In this document: positions 62,806-64,000 of the stretch, piece after piece
Layout of the letters: the number at the start of each line of letters is the position of its first letter
How positions within the stretch are numbered: position 1 is the stretch's first letter
Source of the DNA: a virus
Taxonomy: Duplodnaviria > Caudoviricetes
IMG/VR virus record: IMGVR_UViG_3300003320_000853
DNA length: 64,000 nt
Strand: one strand, 5' to 3'
Made by a program: the position numbers and the translations under genes
Notes under the pieces: generated by a model
Told to the model about the DNA's origin: nothing
The model's input: only the letters and a program-made list of their open reading frames with translations
Database searches by the model: none

Positions 62806-64000
62806 GACCGCCAGCACGGTGCGCGTCCTCGTCCTCGTCGAGGACACCCGGAAGGCTCGGGCTCGCTGGCCGGCTCTCGATGAGCTTGTGGTTGCCGAGT
62901 TTATGGGAACCATCCCGCTCTACCGCATCTTCGACGAGAACGAGCTGCAACACATCCTTCGCTCGGGGAAGATCACGGGTGGGAACTACTCCGTTCCCGC
63001 CGAGCGCTCTTTCGGTGCTTCCTGGGGGTCGAACGTCACACAGGTGATCGAGTGGGGGAACCGACTCCGAGGGAAGAGACTCGGCTCGAACCTATACCTG
63101 GCCAAGATCGACGGCTACGGACACCGATTCTTGCACCTGAGCCCTGAGATCAAGTTCGACATCGACAATCCGGAACCGCAGAAGTCTATCGTGGATTCAT
63201 CCCGATTCAACGTAGGGCTCGGTTGCTCCGTTGCGGATGTCGGCACGAACGAAGCGGAGTTCTACGTCATCACGGAAGACCACCGGATGCACAGCCTCGA
63301 CGATCAGGAGCTCCGGGCCCTGAAGAAGGGATCTTCTGCGCAGCGGGTGGCGGCTCGATTCCTTCAAGCTCGGGATCAATATTTCGAGCTTGGGGACATT
63401 GTAACCTACGGGAAATACAAGAACCACCGTGGGAAGATCGTCAACTTCGGAAAGGACAAGTGGGGCAACCCCACGGTCGAGGTCGAGCCCATCCCCAAGG
63501 GTCGGAAGCAAAACAAGGTCTTCGGCCTGTTCAAGATTTGGAGGGCGGACGTGAAGGAGAAGGCGCTCGCGGAGCAGGCAGCGAAGGAAGGTCTGACGGC
63601 TCGGGTCATCGCTCGCTTCGAGCAGGCCAAGGGGACGCCGCGGGGCTGGGAGCACCGGAAGGAGAAGGACGACTTCACGGAGCAGAACATCCCTCCCGAG
63701 TACCTGGTTCTCTGGCGGAAGCTCAAGAACCGCTTCAAGGGCACCCCTCATGAGCGTGCCGAGCAATTCATGGAGTACGTGGAGGAGCATCCTGGGGAGA
63801 ACACAGAGGCCCTCCAAGAGAACGCCGACAAGGAAGTCGCCAAGATGACCCGGGAGTGGGCACAGAAGCACCGGGAACAGGTGAAGCTGGAGAAGGAGTG
63901 CGACAAGACCCAGACCAAGTACGAGGACGCTTGGTACAAGGAACAGGAGCGGGCCACCAAGGAAAAGAACAACCTCAAGCAGTTGCAGGAGAAGGCAGAA
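62795..64000 (+). CDS. Multidomain protein running off the window (ART-like domain, tag, SH3-like domain, tag, helical region), partial
   Basis: Not in the ORF track (no stop in window); open for 402 codons; PLYRIFDENEL..I..SG.I...ASWG; QRVAARFLQA at 63341 and ARVIARFEQA at 63599. Confidence 0.75.
   Translation, partial: MTPKTASTVRVLVLVEDTRKARARWPALDELVVAEFMGTIPLYRIFDENELQHILRSGKITGGNYSVPAERSFGASWGSNVTQVIEWGNRLRGKRLGSNLYLAKIDGYGHRFLHLSPEIKFDIDNPEPQKSIVDSSRFNVGLGCSVADVGTNEAEFYVITEDHRMHSLDDQELRALKKGSSAQRVAARFLQARDQYFELGDIVTYGKYKNHRGKIVNFGKDKWGNPTVEVEPIPKGRKQNKVFGLFKIWRADVKEKALAEQAAKEGLTARVIARFEQAKGTPRGWEHRKEKDDFTEQNIPPEYLVLWRKLKNRFKGTPHERAEQFMEYVEEHPGENTEALQENADKEVAKMTREWAQKHREQVKLEKECDKTQTKYEDAWYKEQERATKEKNNLKQLQEKAE

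Larger units (their letters stand above)
1..64000 (+). other. Segment of a large tailed dsDNA (jumbo-like) bacteriophage genome
   Basis: Co-oriented, tightly overlapping genes (many ATGA overlaps); baseplate/fibre-like giant proteins; phage-type PolA, DnaB, SNF2, ThyA, DHFR, HNH and GIY-YIG; many small orphans; no host housekeeping operons or rRNA. Confidence 0.9.

Noticed and set aside
1-64000. Stop-codon reassignment
   Set aside because: Known enzymes are full length under code 11 and end at TAG, TGA and TAA as expected

Overview
This GC-rich 64-kb window is almost entirely plus-strand and densely coding. It reads as a segment of a large tailed dsDNA phage (jumbo/myovirus-like) using the standard genetic code. 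The host is unknown; a Cys-rich lipoprotein weakly hints at a Gram-negative, myxobacteria-like host. 1-22 kb is a baseplate/tail-fibre structural module with two paralogous gene pairs and repeat proteins. 23.6-36.5 kb is a replication module: SNF2 helicase, degenerate DnaC-like protein, DnaB helicase, stand-alone CHC2 Zn finger, family-A DNA polymerase carrying an in-frame DUF4326-like N-terminus, and a DUF2997/DUF1257/Ycf46-like AAA trio. 38-64 kb holds nucleotide metabolism and accessory genes (NDT-like, 5'-nucleotidase, thyA, folA, nitrilase, clpX, DUF1848, SLOG, 2OG oxygenase, DHH, HNH, GIY-YIG). Three signals are not explained by the gene list. (1) A short amphipathic peptide tag, R-V-x-x-R-[FYV], occurs about 11 times at N-termini or domain junctions of otherwise unrelated proteins that carry effector-like domains (RNase-like, zincin, GNAT, ChaB-like, ART-like); this is a candidate capsid-targeting/processing system for injected cargo. 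(2) Two fixed-spacing upstream motifs partition by module: GGTGTA-N9-11-ATG before replication/accessory genes and TTATC-N15-ATG mainly before structural genes; these are candidate phage promoter classes making leaderless or short-leader mRNAs. (3) A shared acidic T/S-A/S-W/Y-E/D-H/V-L-L-D short motif occurs in four unrelated proteins. All family assignments are from motif recognition by eye, not database searches.
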